The notes beneath the pieces are model-generated. The model had not been told where the DNA came from. It searched no databases and was given only the letters and a program-made list of their open reading frames with translations. From Gammaproteobacteria bacterium (GTDB taxonomy: Bacteria > Pseudomonadota > Gammaproteobacteria > UBA5861), in the NCBI GenBank assembly GCA_022360445.1, contig JAKSCV010000073.1, forward strand, positions 657 through 64,656: a stretch of 64,000 bases of DNA. Reading direction: 5' to 3'. How positions within the stretch are numbered: the first letter of the stretch is position 1; each line of letters begins with the position of its first letter. This document shows positions 1-10,289 of the stretch, in pieces. The translations under genes and the position numbers were made by a program.

Positions 1-1
1 T

Positions 2-406
2 GCCGTGTTTGGCCAGGTTGGGCCTAAAGTGGGTTCGGTAGACCCCGGTTGGGGAACGGCTTATTTAGCCCGGGTTGTGGGTGAAAAGAAAGCACGTGAA
101 ATTTGGTACTTATGCCGGCGTTACTCTGCTCAGGAGGCCTTAGAGATGGGGTTGGCTAATACGGTCGTTCCTCATGATCAACTGGATGCTGAAGTGGACA
201 AGTGGTGTGCTGAAATATTGGAAAAAAGCCCAACGGCGATTGCTTTGGCAAAGCGTTCCCTGAATGCTGATTCGGAAGGTATTCGTGGTATTGGTGGATT
301 GGGTTTCCAAGCAGTATCACTTTATTACAATACCGAAGAGTCTCAAGAAGGCGTTAAGGCTTTCCTCGAAAAGCGTAAGCCTGAATTCCGAAAATATGTG
401 AAGTAA
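2..406 (+). CDS. menB: 1,4-dihydroxy-2-naphthoyl-CoA synthase (crotonase fold), C-terminal part. The 5' end is truncated by the window edge.
   Basis: The translation ...[21 protein letters not shown]...[12 protein letters not shown] matches the MenB C-terminal region. Stop TAA at 404-406. Confidence 0.75.
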   Translation, partial: AVFGQVGPKVGSVDPGWGTAYLARVVGEKKAREIWYLCRRYSAQEALEMGLANTVVPHDQLDAEVDKWCAEILEKSPTAIALAKRSLNADSEGIRGIGGLGFQAVSLYYNTEESQEGVKAFLEKRKPEFRKYVK

Positions 407-416
407 ATGCCGGTTT

Positions 417-439
417 GGCCGGTAGTTTTGTTGCCGGCC
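417..439. terminator. GC-rich hairpin (GGCCGG-N10-GCCGGCC) between convergent menB and der. Possible bidirectional terminator.
   Basis: The inverted repeat is seen directly. The flanking T/A tracts are short, so this is weak. Confidence 0.3.
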
Positions 440-440
440 T

Positions 441-1886
441 TTACGGACTTCTTTTCTTTTGCGGTCGCCGATTGCGAGCATTCTTTTTTCTCTTATCATT
501 GGCAGACCGTTGAGATGGTTTGTCTTGGTAAGGATTGGTCGAATGCTTAAATTCAATGCGGACGGATGTGCCTTCCAACTTCAGCGCTTCAATAAAAAAG
601 TTTTCCAGATAGCGTCGGTAAGACTCCGGTACTTTATCTGTCTGGTTGCCGTGAATGATGATGACAGGCGGGTTGCGTCCGCCCTGGTGAGCATAGCGTA
701 ATTTAATACGCCGTCCCTGGATTAAGGGGGGCTGGTGGCTTTGAACAGCGTATTCAAGCATGCGCGTGAGTTCGGCGGTTGACATATCGCGCATGGAGGA
801 TGCATGGGCACGGTTAATCGACTTGAATAACAGGCCGACACCACTGCCGTGTAAGGCCGAAATAAAGTGAATTTTGGCAAAATTAATAAATCTGAGCCGA
901 CGCTTCAACTTATTTTTGACCGTGTCCCGATGCTCCTCGGTGAGCCCATCCCACTTATTGACAGCAATAACCAGCGCTCTTCCTGCGTCAATTGTATAGG
1001 CTAACAAGTGCAGGTCCTGGTCGGTGATGCCTTCCTGGGCATCAATAATCAATATTGCCACATTCGCCGCGTCAATCGCTTGTAGTGCTTTGATGACACT
1101 GAACTTTTCCACGGTTTCTTTGACTTTTCCCCGACGCCGAACACCTGCCGTATCGATGAGGGTGTAGTGTTTTCCGTCTTTTTCAAAAGGAACCTCAATG
1201 GTATCGCGTGTCGTACCTGGTTTATCAAATGCAACGACTCGCTCGTCACCTAATAATCGGTTAATTAAAGTGGACTTCCCAACATTGGGGCGACCGATAA
1301 AGGCGATACGTGTTGACAGCTGGGAGTTGTCTTCCTCAGCGTGGCTTGCTGCTTTTAACTGAGGATGAATATCTTCCAGTTCATTCAGCATGCTGCGCAC
1401 ACCACGGCCATGTGCGGCTGCGATCGTAAAAGATTCTCCTAATCCCAGCTGAAAGAACTCGCTTTGTGCCGCGTCTTCACCTATTTTGTCCACTTTATTG
1501 ACAACTAAATGGACGGGTTTCCCGAGACGGCGTAAGTTATTGGTGATTTCCTCATCGGCACTGGTGAGTCCGGAGTGCCCATCGACCATGAATAAAATGA
1601 TATCGCTTTCTTCAATGGCCAGCTGAGTTTGCTTTGCCATGGCCAGGTCGATACCTTCACTTTCACCGCTCAGCCCACCGGTGTCGATTACGATGGCGTT
1701 CCACAGCCCTAATTTGATTTCACCGTATTGCCGGTCTCTCGTGAGCCCGGGCAGGTTCGCAACCAAGGCATCCCGGCTGCGCGTCAAACGATTAAATAGT
1801 GTGGATTTGCCAACGTTCGGGCGCCCAACTAAGGCGATCACGGGTTTCCGGGTTGGGGGGCTTGGAAGTGGCAAGGGTTCAGTCAT
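441..1886 (-). CDS. der: Ribosome-associated GTPase Der/EngA (two tandem GTPase domains plus KH-like domain, basic C-tail)
   Basis: The G1 motif [10 protein letters not shown] occurs twice. Start moved to an internal ATG at 1884-1886 (MTEPLP...), 4 nt after the bamB stop. The first codon of the ORF-track call is not an ATG. Confidence 0.9.
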   Translation of the reverse strand: MTEPLPLPSPPTRKPVIALVGRPNVGKSTLFNRLTRSRDALVANLPGLTRDRQYGEIKLGLWNAIVIDTGGLSGESEGIDLAMAKQTQLAIEESDIILFMVDGHSGLTSADEEITNNLRRLGKPVHLVVNKVDKIGEDAAQSEFFQLGLGESFTIAAAHGRGVRSMLNELEDIHPQLKAASHAEEDNSQLSTRIAFIGRPNVGKSTLINRLLGDERVVAFDKPGTTRDTIEVPFEKDGKHYTLIDTAGVRRRGKVKETVEKFSVIKALQAIDAANVAILIIDAQEGITDQDLHLLAYTIDAGRALVIAVNKWDGLTEEHRDTVKNKLKRRLRFINFAKIHFISALHGSGVGLLFKSINRAHASSMRDMSTAELTRMLEYAVQSHQPPLIQGRRIKLRYAHQGGRNPPVIIIHGNQTDKVPESYRRYLENFFIEALKLEGTSVRIEFKHSTNPYQDKPSQRSANDKRKKNARNRRPQKKRSP

Positions 1887-3021
1887 CAGTGAATTTAACT
1901 TCGTATACAAACAGCACACCATCGCGGTCGAAAAGGTAGATACGGTTATCCTGGACTAATGGGCGTGTTAAAAAAGGTAGGTCTGAGACTTTCGCCCTAC
2001 CGGCAATTGCGCCGTCTGAGCGCGATAGTAGGTGAAGGTAGCCTTGTAAATCACCTAAGGCCAAGAAAGCATCAATGGACACAGGCGCTGTCATTAAGCG
2101 AGCGCGCAATTTATCCTGCTTCCATAAAATCCGCCCACTTTGGGTGTCGATGGCCAATATTTCACTGTTTTCATTGGTTACATACAGCATGTTTTCCTGA
2201 ATACTGAAGCCAGCATGGGTTGAAATATCCTGTGACCAAAGCGCACGACCCCGGCTGGGGCTCAGACGGGACAGTTTTCCTTGGTAGCTTGCAACGTAAA
2301 TAGCGTCATTCGTCGTCAGTATTTCCGCGTCAATATCATTCAGGCGTTCAATCTCTGATCTTCCCCTGGGAGGGGAGATCGTTGTTTCCCAAAACAGTTT
2401 TCCATCATTCTCCCGTAGGGCGACTAGTCGGCCATCGTCAAATCCAACCAGTACACCTCCTCCAATGATGACGGGAGTGCTGGTGCCGCGCAGGGTGAGG
2501 GTTGGTGTGTTGTGGGTATAGCGCCATTTCTCCTTACCTGTTGTCGGGTCAAAGGCGGTAACAGCGCTATCGATACTGCGTACGACCAATAAAGTAGCGG
2601 AGGCTGTTGGCGGGGCGACCACTTCTGTTGTGACTTGTCGAGTCCAGGCCAGTTCACCGGTGTCTTGCCTGAGGGCGTAAATGTCGCCATCTGCCGAGGC
2701 GACGAAGAGAAGCTGCTCGTTGCCCCCAACGCCAGCCATCAGTTTTTTGGGTAAGTATTGTTTCCAGAGGGTCTTGCCTGTTTTAATCGAAAGTGCCGAT
2801 ACGGACTTGTGGATCTCAGCAGTGAAGAGTTTGTCGCCACGAATTAAGGGGGAAAGTTTAATTCGGCTGCGATTAAACGCATAGCTCGTGTTTGCCTGCC
2901 AGAGCAGGCGCAGTTTGGCCCGGGGTTCAAATGACTCAAGCTCAGCGGGAGGTTCTATATTACTTTTAGGGCTGCAGGCGATGAGCCCAAAGGCAATGAA
3001 GCTGATCAGCAGTGTGCGCAT
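1879..3021 (-). CDS. bamB: Outer membrane protein assembly factor BamB (PQQ-repeat beta-propeller lipoprotein)
   Basis: Lipoprotein signal [16 protein letters not shown]. Repeated propeller blades. Conserved position between yfgM and der. Confidence 0.9.
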   Translation of the reverse strand: MRTLLISFIAFGLIACSPKSNIEPPAELESFEPRAKLRLLWQANTSYAFNRSRIKLSPLIRGDKLFTAEIHKSVSALSIKTGKTLWKQYLPKKLMAGVGGNEQLLFVASADGDIYALRQDTGELAWTRQVTTEVVAPPTASATLLVVRSIDSAVTAFDPTTGKEKWRYTHNTPTLTLRGTSTPVIIGGGVLVGFDDGRLVALRENDGKLFWETTISPPRGRSEIERLNDIDAEILTTNDAIYVASYQGKLSRLSPSRGRALWSQDISTHAGFSIQENMLYVTNENSEILAIDTQSGRILWKQDKLRARLMTAPVSIDAFLALGDLQGYLHLLSRSDGAIAGRAKVSDLPFLTRPLVQDNRIYLFDRDGVLFVYEVKFTDD

Positions 3022-3029
3022 CGGTCAAT

Positions 3030-3665
3030 TTAACCTTGTTCTGGCTTGGCGGTACCCAGATCGTCCAGCTTCATCTGCAGTACATCACTATTGTTTTTAA
3101 GTGAAGCGCGTTTGTAGGCTTCCCGTGCTTTTTGTACTTCACCTTGTTGGAGATAGATATCACCAGATACTTCATCTACAAGGTGGCGATAGCTTTCGGG
3201 AAATACCGTGGACTGAAGTTGTTTCAAGGCGTCGTCCAGCTTGTTTTGAGCCGCGAGAACCCGCGCCATCCGAATTTTTGCTGTCAGTACAGTGTTTTCC
3301 TGGCTTGAATTATCAATCACCCATTGGAGGCTTTCTACAGCACCGTCGTAATTTTCGGCTTCAACGTATTGCTTGGCGAGGTAAAGTGTCCCTATGGTGG
3401 CATAAGGTGTGTTGGAATAGTTGTTTCTCAAGAGTGTTGCGGCGGCTTCAACCCCCTGTTTATTCCCGGCACGGGCATCGCTTTCCATCTGCTCATAGAG
3501 CGTCGACGCGCTTTCTGCACGGTTTGTTTGGTACGCTTGCCACCCCCGCCAACCTGCAATAATGAGCACGCCAAGCAGCAGGCCGAGCATGATGGAGCGG
3601 CCATTTTCTTTCCACCATTTTTTGAGTGCTTCAAGCTGTTCTTCTTCTGTTTCGTACGTTGCCAC
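3030..3665 (-). CDS. yfgM: YfgM-family TPR membrane protein (ancillary SecYEG/periplasmic chaperone partner)
   Basis: N-terminal acidic stretch, a single TM helix and a TPR-like C-terminus. Synteny hisS-yfgM-bamB. Confidence 0.8.
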   Translation of the reverse strand: MATYETEEEQLEALKKWWKENGRSIMLGLLLGVLIIAGWRGWQAYQTNRAESASTLYEQMESDARAGNKQGVEAAATLLRNNYSNTPYATIGTLYLAKQYVEAENYDGAVESLQWVIDNSSQENTVLTAKIRMARVLAAQNKLDDALKQLQSTVFPESYRHLVDEVSGDIYLQQGEVQKAREAYKRASLKNNSDVLQMKLDDLGTAKPEQG

Positions 3666-3700
3666 GGATTACCTCTCGACCAAGTAAGTGGTTGGATAAA

Positions 3701-4993
3701 TTAGGTTTGGATAGATGTTGAGTTGAATAATAAGGCGAGTTGATGAGCAAGTTCATCTTGTTTGATCGTCATTTGTTCGGCTTCTACTCGAAGTGACTTG
3801 ATGGAAACAGTGCCTTCTGTCATTTCGTTGGAACCCAGGATACAGGCGTAACGCGCGCCGCTTTTATCCGCTTTTTTAAACTGACTTTTCATACTGTTCC
3901 CGGAGCAATCAGTAATGATTTGTTTATCGGGGAAGGTATTTCTCAATTGTTCGGCAAGCTGGAGTCCTCTACTCAGTGTATCGCGCCCGGCAAGCACTAT
4001 ATAGATATCGACGGGCTGTTTGGCTTGGGGACCATTCACTGTCTCGGCCAGTGCCAGCAGGCGTTCGATACCCATTGCAAAGCCAACGGCGGATGATGCT
4101 TGCCCCCCCAGTTGGTTGATCAAGTCATCGTATCGCCCTCCCGCGCAAATGGTGCCCTGCGCGCCTAGCTGATTTGTTGTCCATTCGAAAACAGTATGGC
4201 AGTAGTAGTCAAGCCCACGAACCAGTCGAGGGTTAACCACATAGGGTAATTGATTTTGCTCAAGGATATTTTTTAATTCATCAAAGTGAGCTTTTGACTC
4301 GGCTGAGATGGTATGAATCAGCTTAGGTGCGCCCTCGATCAACGATTGCATGTCAGGATTTTTACTGTCCAGAATTCTAAGCGGATTGGTGTACAGGCGT
4401 CGTTGGCTGTCTTCATCGAGCTGCTCTGTATGCTCAGAGAAGTAACCAGTCAACACGTTCCGATAATGTGCGCGGTCTTCTGGTGAGCCGAGCGTATTGA
4501 GTTCCAATGTCACCGCGGATCCGATGCCCAACTGATCCCAAAGCCGTGCGGAGAGCAGCATGAGTTCTGCCTCAATGGCAGGCCCTTCAATACCAAATAC
4601 CTCTGCACCGGCTTGATGGAACTGCCGGTAGCGGCCCTTTTGAGGGCGCTCGTAGCGGAACATGGGACCATTGTACCAAAGGCGTTGAATCTGCTGATTG
4701 ACGAGAGCATTTTGTATCGCTGCACGGACGACACCGGCCGTATTCTCTGGCCTGAGAGATAGGCTTTCCCCGTTGCGATCATCAAAGGTGTACATTTCTT
4801 TTTCAACGATGTCTGTGACATCGCCGATTGAGCGGGAGAATAAGGCTGTTTTTTCTAAAAGCGGGGTACGGATCTCTCCGTATCCGTAATTGTGCATGAC
4901 ATGCTTGATCAAAGTTTCAAGGTGTTGCCACTGACCGCTGTCGTCAGGTAAAAAGTCGCGCATCCCCCGGATGCTTTTAATCTGTTCAGGCAT
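3701..4993 (-). CDS. hisS: Histidine--tRNA ligase
   Basis: N-terminus MPEQIKSIRGMRDFLPDD and class II aaRS motifs. 430 aa. Confidence 0.95.
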   Translation of the reverse strand: MPEQIKSIRGMRDFLPDDSGQWQHLETLIKHVMHNYGYGEIRTPLLEKTALFSRSIGDVTDIVEKEMYTFDDRNGESLSLRPENTAGVVRAAIQNALVNQQIQRLWYNGPMFRYERPQKGRYRQFHQAGAEVFGIEGPAIEAELMLLSARLWDQLGIGSAVTLELNTLGSPEDRAHYRNVLTGYFSEHTEQLDEDSQRRLYTNPLRILDSKNPDMQSLIEGAPKLIHTISAESKAHFDELKNILEQNQLPYVVNPRLVRGLDYYCHTVFEWTTNQLGAQGTICAGGRYDDLINQLGGQASSAVGFAMGIERLLALAETVNGPQAKQPVDIYIVLAGRDTLSRGLQLAEQLRNTFPDKQIITDCSGNSMKSQFKKADKSGARYACILGSNEMTEGTVSIKSLRVEAEQMTIKQDELAHQLALLFNSTSIQT

Positions 4994-5039
4994 GGACTTT
5001 ATGGATTCAATGATGTGTCAGGTTTAGAGAAGACGTCTT

Positions 5040-6209
5040 TCACTTTCTGATTGCGCCGTTTGCGTCGACATAAAACCGAGCGGTTTTGGTCGCTTCGTGA
5101 TAACTGATTTCGCTTGTTTCTATGTTGTTAATGGTGATTGTTACGCCGGTTGCGTCGCCTAGGAAAACACGAAAAGGCGCACGGCCTTGCAGCTGTCTGG
5201 GCGAGTCATGGGTGAGCATGTCAAACATAAGCCGGTGCCCGTCATCATCGTAAACTTCAACCCACGACTTAGATTCTGTCATCAAATAGAGAATATCCTC
5301 GCCTGTCACCTCATGAGCTGGCTCAACAGGGGTGAGCGTTTCAACTTCTTCTTGCAGTTCTTCGGTTGTAAGGTTGGCTTCAGCTGTGTCCGCAGGACTA
5401 TTGCTTGTTTCTTTGAGCACGCTGGTTGAGGTTTCCTGGGGAGGAGCTTCTCGCTGCTCTGTCTTCTCGCTGGAAGCTTGACTGGGTTGTTGATCAGTTT
5501 CAGGCGCGGCTGTGGACGCAACTGCTTGCGGGTTATCATTCTGTGATGTGGATAGTTTTGGTGCGTCTGATTCACGGCTAACAGGCTCAGAACCTTCAGA
5601 GCCAGATTCTAGTGAGGCGTTCTGTTCCGAGGTGCTCGTTGGGTCTGGGGTGACGTGACCACTGGTTTCCTGAGTTTCTTGTGTTGAGCGGGTGTTGGTT
5701 GGTTTTTGAGATAAGGACCCTTCCTCGCTCGGAGGAGAGCTCTCAATCACATGCTCATTCACTGCCTGTTCTTCGGCTGGAAGGCCACCTCTTTGACCTT
5801 TTTCTGTGAGCCACCAGTACACGGCCAGTGCGACGAGGATCATCAGAATGGCAATAGTCGCCCAGCGAAACAAGGGGTGGCTGCTGTCTGTGCGCTTGAA
5901 ACTTGAGAGGGTTGCCAGCTTGGGATCTGGGTCTCGGGTTGATGAAACGTAGCGTTCTACCCACAAATCGCCGTCGGCGTTTAGCCTTTTCGCGCACGCA
6001 CGAATATAGCCTTTGACAAAAGCAGGTGCCGGGAGAGCTGAGTAATCGTCTTCCTCCAACTGGGTAATCTGACGAAGATCTAAGTGCAGCTCAGTCGCCA
6101 GATCCTCTTGCGACAAGCCTTGTTGTTCACGCGCCTGGCGCATCATCGTGCCTAATGAAGCGTCATTGAGTGCTGAATTATCGTCATCCGGATGGTCGTG
6201 AGCAGGCAT
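5040..6209 (-). CDS. rodZ: Cytoskeleton protein RodZ (XRE-type HTH, TM helix, S/T/E/Q-rich low-complexity linker, C-terminal domain)
   Basis: HTH LSQEDLATELHLDLRQITQLEEDDYSALPAPAFVKGYIRAC. Synteny with rlmN and pilF. Confidence 0.8.
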   Translation of the reverse strand: MPAHDHPDDDNSALNDASLGTMMRQAREQQGLSQEDLATELHLDLRQITQLEEDDYSALPAPAFVKGYIRACAKRLNADGDLWVERYVSSTRDPDPKLATLSSFKRTDSSHPLFRWATIAILMILVALAVYWWLTEKGQRGGLPAEEQAVNEHVIESSPPSEEGSLSQKPTNTRSTQETQETSGHVTPDPTSTSEQNASLESGSEGSEPVSRESDAPKLSTSQNDNPQAVASTAAPETDQQPSQASSEKTEQREAPPQETSTSVLKETSNSPADTAEANLTTEELQEEVETLTPVEPAHEVTGEDILYLMTESKSWVEVYDDDGHRLMFDMLTHDSPRQLQGRAPFRVFLGDATGVTITINNIETSEISYHEATKTARFYVDANGAIRK

Positions 6210-6215
6210 GATTCG

Positions 6216-6980
6216 TTAATCCATTGATGAGCGTATTTTAAGGTAGGTGGCTGCTTGTTTACTCTTTGGAAAGCCTTGAAGTAATTGCAGGCCTAATTGC
6301 TCAGAACCGGCTTTATTTCCGAGTGCTTGTTGAATATAGACTCCCCAAAGTAAGCTAGCTGGTGAGGGTTCTGCGAGTTTTTCATATTCAGCAAGATGTG
6401 CTGCTGCTTCGTAGAACTTCAGTTGTTTATATGTGGCTTCGGCCAAATGCAGGCGAGCCTGCGCAAAGTTTGCACGCATTTGCAGTGCTTTTTGGAAAAA
6501 GTCTTCCGCTTTTGAGTATTCAGCAGCACCTAAAGCACAGAGCCCGGCATTATCGTAGGCATATTCAGGAGTTTTGTAGAACTTGTTGGTGGCTGCTCGA
6601 AAAAATGTTTTTTCCGCTTCTTCGTAGCGATTTTGCCCGCAAAGGAATATGCCCAGGTTGTTTATAAAGGCACCGTTGTCAGGTGACAATTCAATCGACT
6701 TTTTGAAATATTTCTCGGCAAGGTCGGGTTTGTCCAAGCGCGAATTTAGCAAGCCATAGGTATTGTTCGCCAAAGGGTTAGTCTTGTCTTGCTCCAATGC
6801 TTTGTCAAGCTTTTGCTTTGCTTGTGAGAGATTGTTCTGTCGGAGATAGCCCAGGCCCAGTTCCGCATTAAGTTGACTGGCTTTTTTCAGGTTCACTCCG
6901 GTGCGGTCAGTGCTTGTACTGGCACAAGCCTGTAAGAGTGAGGCCAGGAGCAAAAATATGAGCAAATGAAAATGCTTCAT
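6216..6980 (-). CDS. pilF: Type IV pilus biogenesis/stability TPR lipoprotein PilF/PilW
   Basis: Lipobox LLQAC. TPR repeats. Start MKHFHLL at 6980 forms an ATGA overlap with the rlmN stop. The ORF-track N-terminal extension was rejected. Confidence 0.75.
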   Translation of the reverse strand: MKHFHLLIFLLLASLLQACASTSTDRTGVNLKKASQLNAELGLGYLRQNNLSQAKQKLDKALEQDKTNPLANNTYGLLNSRLDKPDLAEKYFKKSIELSPDNGAFINNLGIFLCGQNRYEEAEKTFFRAATNKFYKTPEYAYDNAGLCALGAAEYSKAEDFFQKALQMRANFAQARLHLAEATYKQLKFYEAAAHLAEYEKLAEPSPASLLWGVYIQQALGNKAGSEQLGLQLLQGFPKSKQAATYLKIRSSMD

Positions 6981-8083
6981 AGTGAAACCTGCTCTCCATA
7001 ACGCAAATCCTGAAACAGGATATGGCGCCGACTTCTGTCCTTGATGTCTCCCGCGAGTTGTCCGCATGCCGCTTCGATATCTTCGCCACGTGTTTTGCGT
7101 GTGGTCGTCAATAGCCCGCCTTTGGCGAGCATTAATTGGAATTGTGCAATCCTTTCCACCGGAGAGCAGATGTAACCTGACCCAGGAAAGGGGTTGAAAG
7201 GAATCAGGTTGACTTTGGATGGCAAGCCAGCCAGTAGTTTAATGAGTCTACGGGCATCTTCAGGCCGGTCATTGATGTCGTTAAGCATGACATACTCAAA
7301 TGTGATGTGCTTTTTACGATCGGCTTGTACAAAACGGTGGCAAGCTTGTATGAGTTCAGCAATCGGGTATTTTTTGTTGACGGGCACAAGCTCGTCACGC
7401 AATTTATCGTTACTGGCATGTAAGGAAACCGCGAGGGCAACGTCGGCCGATTCTTTAAGCCTATCAATTGCGGGGACAATGCCCGCTGTGCTGACGGTGA
7501 CGCGCCGCTTGCTCAATCCATAACCGAGGTCATCGACCAAAATAGAAAAGGCAGGGAGTGTATGAGTGAGATTAAGCAGTGGCTCTCCCATCCCCATGAA
7601 TACGACATTGGTGACTGGACGATCTTGAGAAGTTGATCGCAGCTGCTGATTGGCCAATAGCACTTGGCCGATGATTTCAGCTGTTGTTAGATTCCGGTTG
7701 AAGCCTTCTCGCGCTGTGGCGCAAAACGAGCAGTCAAGTGTACACCCCACTTGGGAAGAGATACACAAGGTACCCCGATCATTTTCTGGGATATAAACGG
7801 TTTCAATGCTGTTACCGTCATCTAATCTCAATAGCCATTTGCAGGTTCCATCGCGGGACTTCCTCTCCAAGGCAATTTTAGGCAAGTCGAGGGTGGTACT
7901 TTGCATCAGGGTTTCTCTCAGCGCGAGGCTGAGGTTGGTCATATGGCCAAACTCAAGTACACCCTGATGATAAACCCATTTCATTAGCTGGGAAGCCCGG
8001 AAGCTTTTTTCACCCAACCGGGCAAAAAATGCTTCCAGGCCTTGCCTGTCCAGATTGAGCAGGTTTTGCTGAAGCTCTGTCAA
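6977..8083 (-). CDS. rlmN: 23S rRNA m2A2503 / tRNA methyltransferase RlmN (radical SAM)
   Basis: CTLDCSFC radical-SAM cluster motif. 368 aa. Synteny with ndk. Confidence 0.9.
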   Translation of the reverse strand: MTELQQNLLNLDRQGLEAFFARLGEKSFRASQLMKWVYHQGVLEFGHMTNLSLALRETLMQSTTLDLPKIALERKSRDGTCKWLLRLDDGNSIETVYIPENDRGTLCISSQVGCTLDCSFCATAREGFNRNLTTAEIIGQVLLANQQLRSTSQDRPVTNVVFMGMGEPLLNLTHTLPAFSILVDDLGYGLSKRRVTVSTAGIVPAIDRLKESADVALAVSLHASNDKLRDELVPVNKKYPIAELIQACHRFVQADRKKHITFEYVMLNDINDRPEDARRLIKLLAGLPSKVNLIPFNPFPGSGYICSPVERIAQFQLMLAKGGLLTTTRKTRGEDIEAACGQLAGDIKDRSRRHILFQDLRYGEQVSL

Positions 8084-8120
8084 TGTTTAGCCCAAATATT
8101 GTTCGTGCCCGAAGGCGCTT

Positions 8121-8552
8121 TTACCGGGTTCGCTTGCACGTACCGTTCTCGCCAAAGAAAAAGGCAATTTCTTGTGCCGCTGTTTCGGGAGAATCTGAGC
8201 CGTGTACGGCATTTTCATCGATAGAATTTGCAAAGTCAGCTCGAATGGTACCGGGGGCGGCCTCACTGGGGTTTGTAGCGCCCATGAGCTCACGATTTTT
8301 GGCGATGGCATTTTCGCCCTCTAAGGCCTGTATCATGACCGGACCGGATGTCATAAACTCGACGAGATCATTATAAAACGGACGCTCTTTGTGAACAGCA
8401 TAAAAGCCTTGGGCTTCTTCTTTGCTTAAATGCGCCATTTTTGCGGCTACAATTTGCAATCCATTATCTTCAAACCGGCTGTATACTTTGCCAATGATGT
8501 TTTTTGCTACGCCATCCGGTTTAATAATTGAGAGGGTTTGTTCAACAGCCAT
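8121..8552 (-). CDS. ndk: Nucleoside diphosphate kinase
   Basis: 143 aa with N-terminus [15 protein letters not shown]... Confidence 0.95.
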   Translation of the reverse strand: MAVEQTLSIIKPDGVAKNIIGKVYSRFEDNGLQIVAAKMAHLSKEEAQGFYAVHKERPFYNDLVEFMTSGPVMIQALEGENAIAKNRELMGATNPSEAAPGTIRADFANSIDENAVHGSDSPETAAQEIAFFFGENGTCKRTR

Positions 8553-8778
8553 TCGGGTGTTTCTCCGCTAAGTTAAGTTTAAAATTACCAAGTTGGACAT
8601 TTTACGTCAGAGCTCGCCATCGAATAAAGCCCGTGACTGATTCTTCGGCGGATCGTAATTTTAGCCTGATTGGGCGATTGTAGCTTGTCTTGGCCAACAA
8701 AACATTAAATACAGACTTGAGTCTTTTCTTGTTTAAGACTAAAATTCTCCGTTTGGAATTCAAGGTGCTGGGGTAGAC

Positions 8779-9015
8779 ATGTCCAGAGTATGTCAGGTGA
8801 CGGGGAAGCGCCCAATGACGGGTAACAACGTTTCTCATGCAAACAACAAAAACAAGCGACGTTTTTTACCAAATTTACACATCCATAAATTTTGGGTAGA
8901 AAGTGAAAATCGTTGGGTAAAGCTGAGAGTTTCCTCAAAAGGTATGCGAATCATTGATAAGAACGGTATTGACTCTGTATTGAGTGACCTGCGTAAAAAA
9001 GGCGAAAGGGTCTAA
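8779..9015 (+). CDS. rpmB: 50S ribosomal protein L28
   Basis: [29 protein letters not shown]... Confidence 0.95.
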   Translation: MSRVCQVTGKRPMTGNNVSHANNKNKRRFLPNLHIHKFWVESENRWVKLRVSSKGMRIIDKNGIDSVLSDLRKKGERV

Positions 9016-9027
9016 AAGGAGAACATC

Positions 9028-9183
9028 ATGCGCGATAAGATCAAGTTAGTTTCGTCTGCGGGAACAGGGCACTATTACACGACGACGAAAAACAAGCGTA
9101 CCATGTCCGAAAAATTGGAGCTAAAAAAATACGACCCCACCATCCGTAAACACGTGATTTATAAAGAGTCTAAAATTAAGTAA
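9028..9183 (+). CDS. rpmG: 50S ribosomal protein L33 (51 aa; not in the ORF track because it is under 60 aa)
   Basis: Hand translation: [54 protein letters not shown] at 9028, TAA at 9181. Confidence 0.9.
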   Translation: MRDKIKLVSSAGTGHYYTTTKNKRTMSEKLELKKYDPTIRKHVIYKESKIK

Positions 9184-9206
9184 TTTCGACAGTGCTTTGA
9201 GCGGAT

Positions 9207-9234
9207 AAAAAAGGGGCTTAACGCCCCTTTTTTT
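9207..9234 (+). terminator. Rho-independent terminator after rpmBG (GGGGC-ttaac-GCCCC followed by T7; an A6 run precedes it, so it may act in both directions)
   Basis: Hairpin and T-tract are seen directly. Confidence 0.7.
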
Positions 9235-9298
9235 GGTGTGGCAGCGCAATACGGAATATGTACGATGAGATCGACAGCATGTGCTAGTCTGGTCCCGT

Positions 9299-9778
9299 TT
9301 AGCCTTTAAAATTGCGTCCTTTGATGAGGCGAGTCGGCTTGTAAATTTGTACGATCTCACCGTTTTGGTTGATGACGTGGTTCAGTGTCTCAACCACGCC
9401 CCGGTCTCCTGCTTTTGTCTCACGCGTTGATGTTACTTCTACTTGCACATAAAACGTATCACCAACATAAAGTGGCTGCTTGCCCGTTAGCTCGAGGTTG
9501 AGAAAGGCCAATGCGGTTTCTTGAATGCTTGGCAGGATTAATGTTTCTGACATCAAGTAAATTAATGGGCCAGGGGCAAATCGGCCTTTGAGGAGTGAGG
9601 CTTCCTCAACATAGACTTTATTGGTGAATAACACCTCATGTAATGTCGTCGCGTTTACAAAATTCATGATGTCGGCATCGGTGAGTGTTTTGCCAACGGT
9701 GCGGAACGTATCCCCGATTGCGAATTCGTCCCAATACCAGCCTTTACCGACAGTGCGTAGTGGTTCTTTAGTAGTCAT
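9299..9778 (-). CDS. MaoC-like hot-dog fold dehydratase/enoyl-CoA hydratase subunit (159 aa)
   Basis: MaoC-domain sequence. It overlaps the upstream paralogue by 11 nt. Confidence 0.8.
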   Translation of the reverse strand: MTTKEPLRTVGKGWYWDEFAIGDTFRTVGKTLTDADIMNFVNATTLHEVLFTNKVYVEEASLLKGRFAPGPLIYLMSETLILPSIQETALAFLNLELTGKQPLYVGDTFYVQVEVTSTRETKAGDRGVVETLNHVINQNGEIVQIYKPTRLIKGRNFKG

Positions 9779-10247
9779 CGTTCAGGCCATCCCGCTCTGA
9801 GACACTTTTCATCATGCGGAGGGGAGTGTAGGTAATCAGAACGTCACCGTTCTGGTTCTTGATTTCGTTTTTTGTTTGTACAATGCCCCGATCAGATTTG
9901 CTGGTTTTGCGTACCGATAAAACCTCCACTTCGACATGAATGGTATCTCCGACTTTAATGGGTTGGTGAACACTGAGCTCCATGTTAAGGAAGGCCAGCC
10001 CTGTGCCTTGCATGGTTGGAATCAACAGACCCTCTGCAAAAATATAAGCCATCGCGCCCGGGATGAATTTTTCTTTGATCACCGAGTGGTTCTCACGGAA
10101 CAGGTCATCTGTAAAGATTACCTCATTCATGCCCGAAAGCCCCAGAAAACTGGCGAGGTCTGCCTCGGTAATTGTTCGGCCAACTGTGCGGAATTTTTCA
10201 CCCACAGAGAGTTCTTCCCATCCAAACCCCAGTCCGATAATTTTCAT
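9768..10247 (-). CDS. MaoC-like hot-dog fold dehydratase/enoyl-CoA hydratase subunit (159 aa), paralogue of the previous gene
   Basis: MaoC-domain sequence. Tandem with 9299-9778, the same size, and translationally coupled. Confidence 0.8.
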   Translation of the reverse strand: MKIIGLGFGWEELSVGEKFRTVGRTITEADLASFLGLSGMNEVIFTDDLFRENHSVIKEKFIPGAMAYIFAEGLLIPTMQGTGLAFLNMELSVHQPIKVGDTIHVEVEVLSVRKTSKSDRGIVQTKNEIKNQNGDVLITYTPLRMMKSVSERDGLNDDY

Positions 10248-10289
10248 TATTATATCTCCTGCATTTTTATACGTTAGATTGGTGAAACG

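Noticed and set aside
3101-3704. Two + strand ORFs (153 and 126 aa) antisense to yfgM
   Set aside because: They lie inside a conserved gene on the other strand and have Cys/Arg-rich improbable composition.
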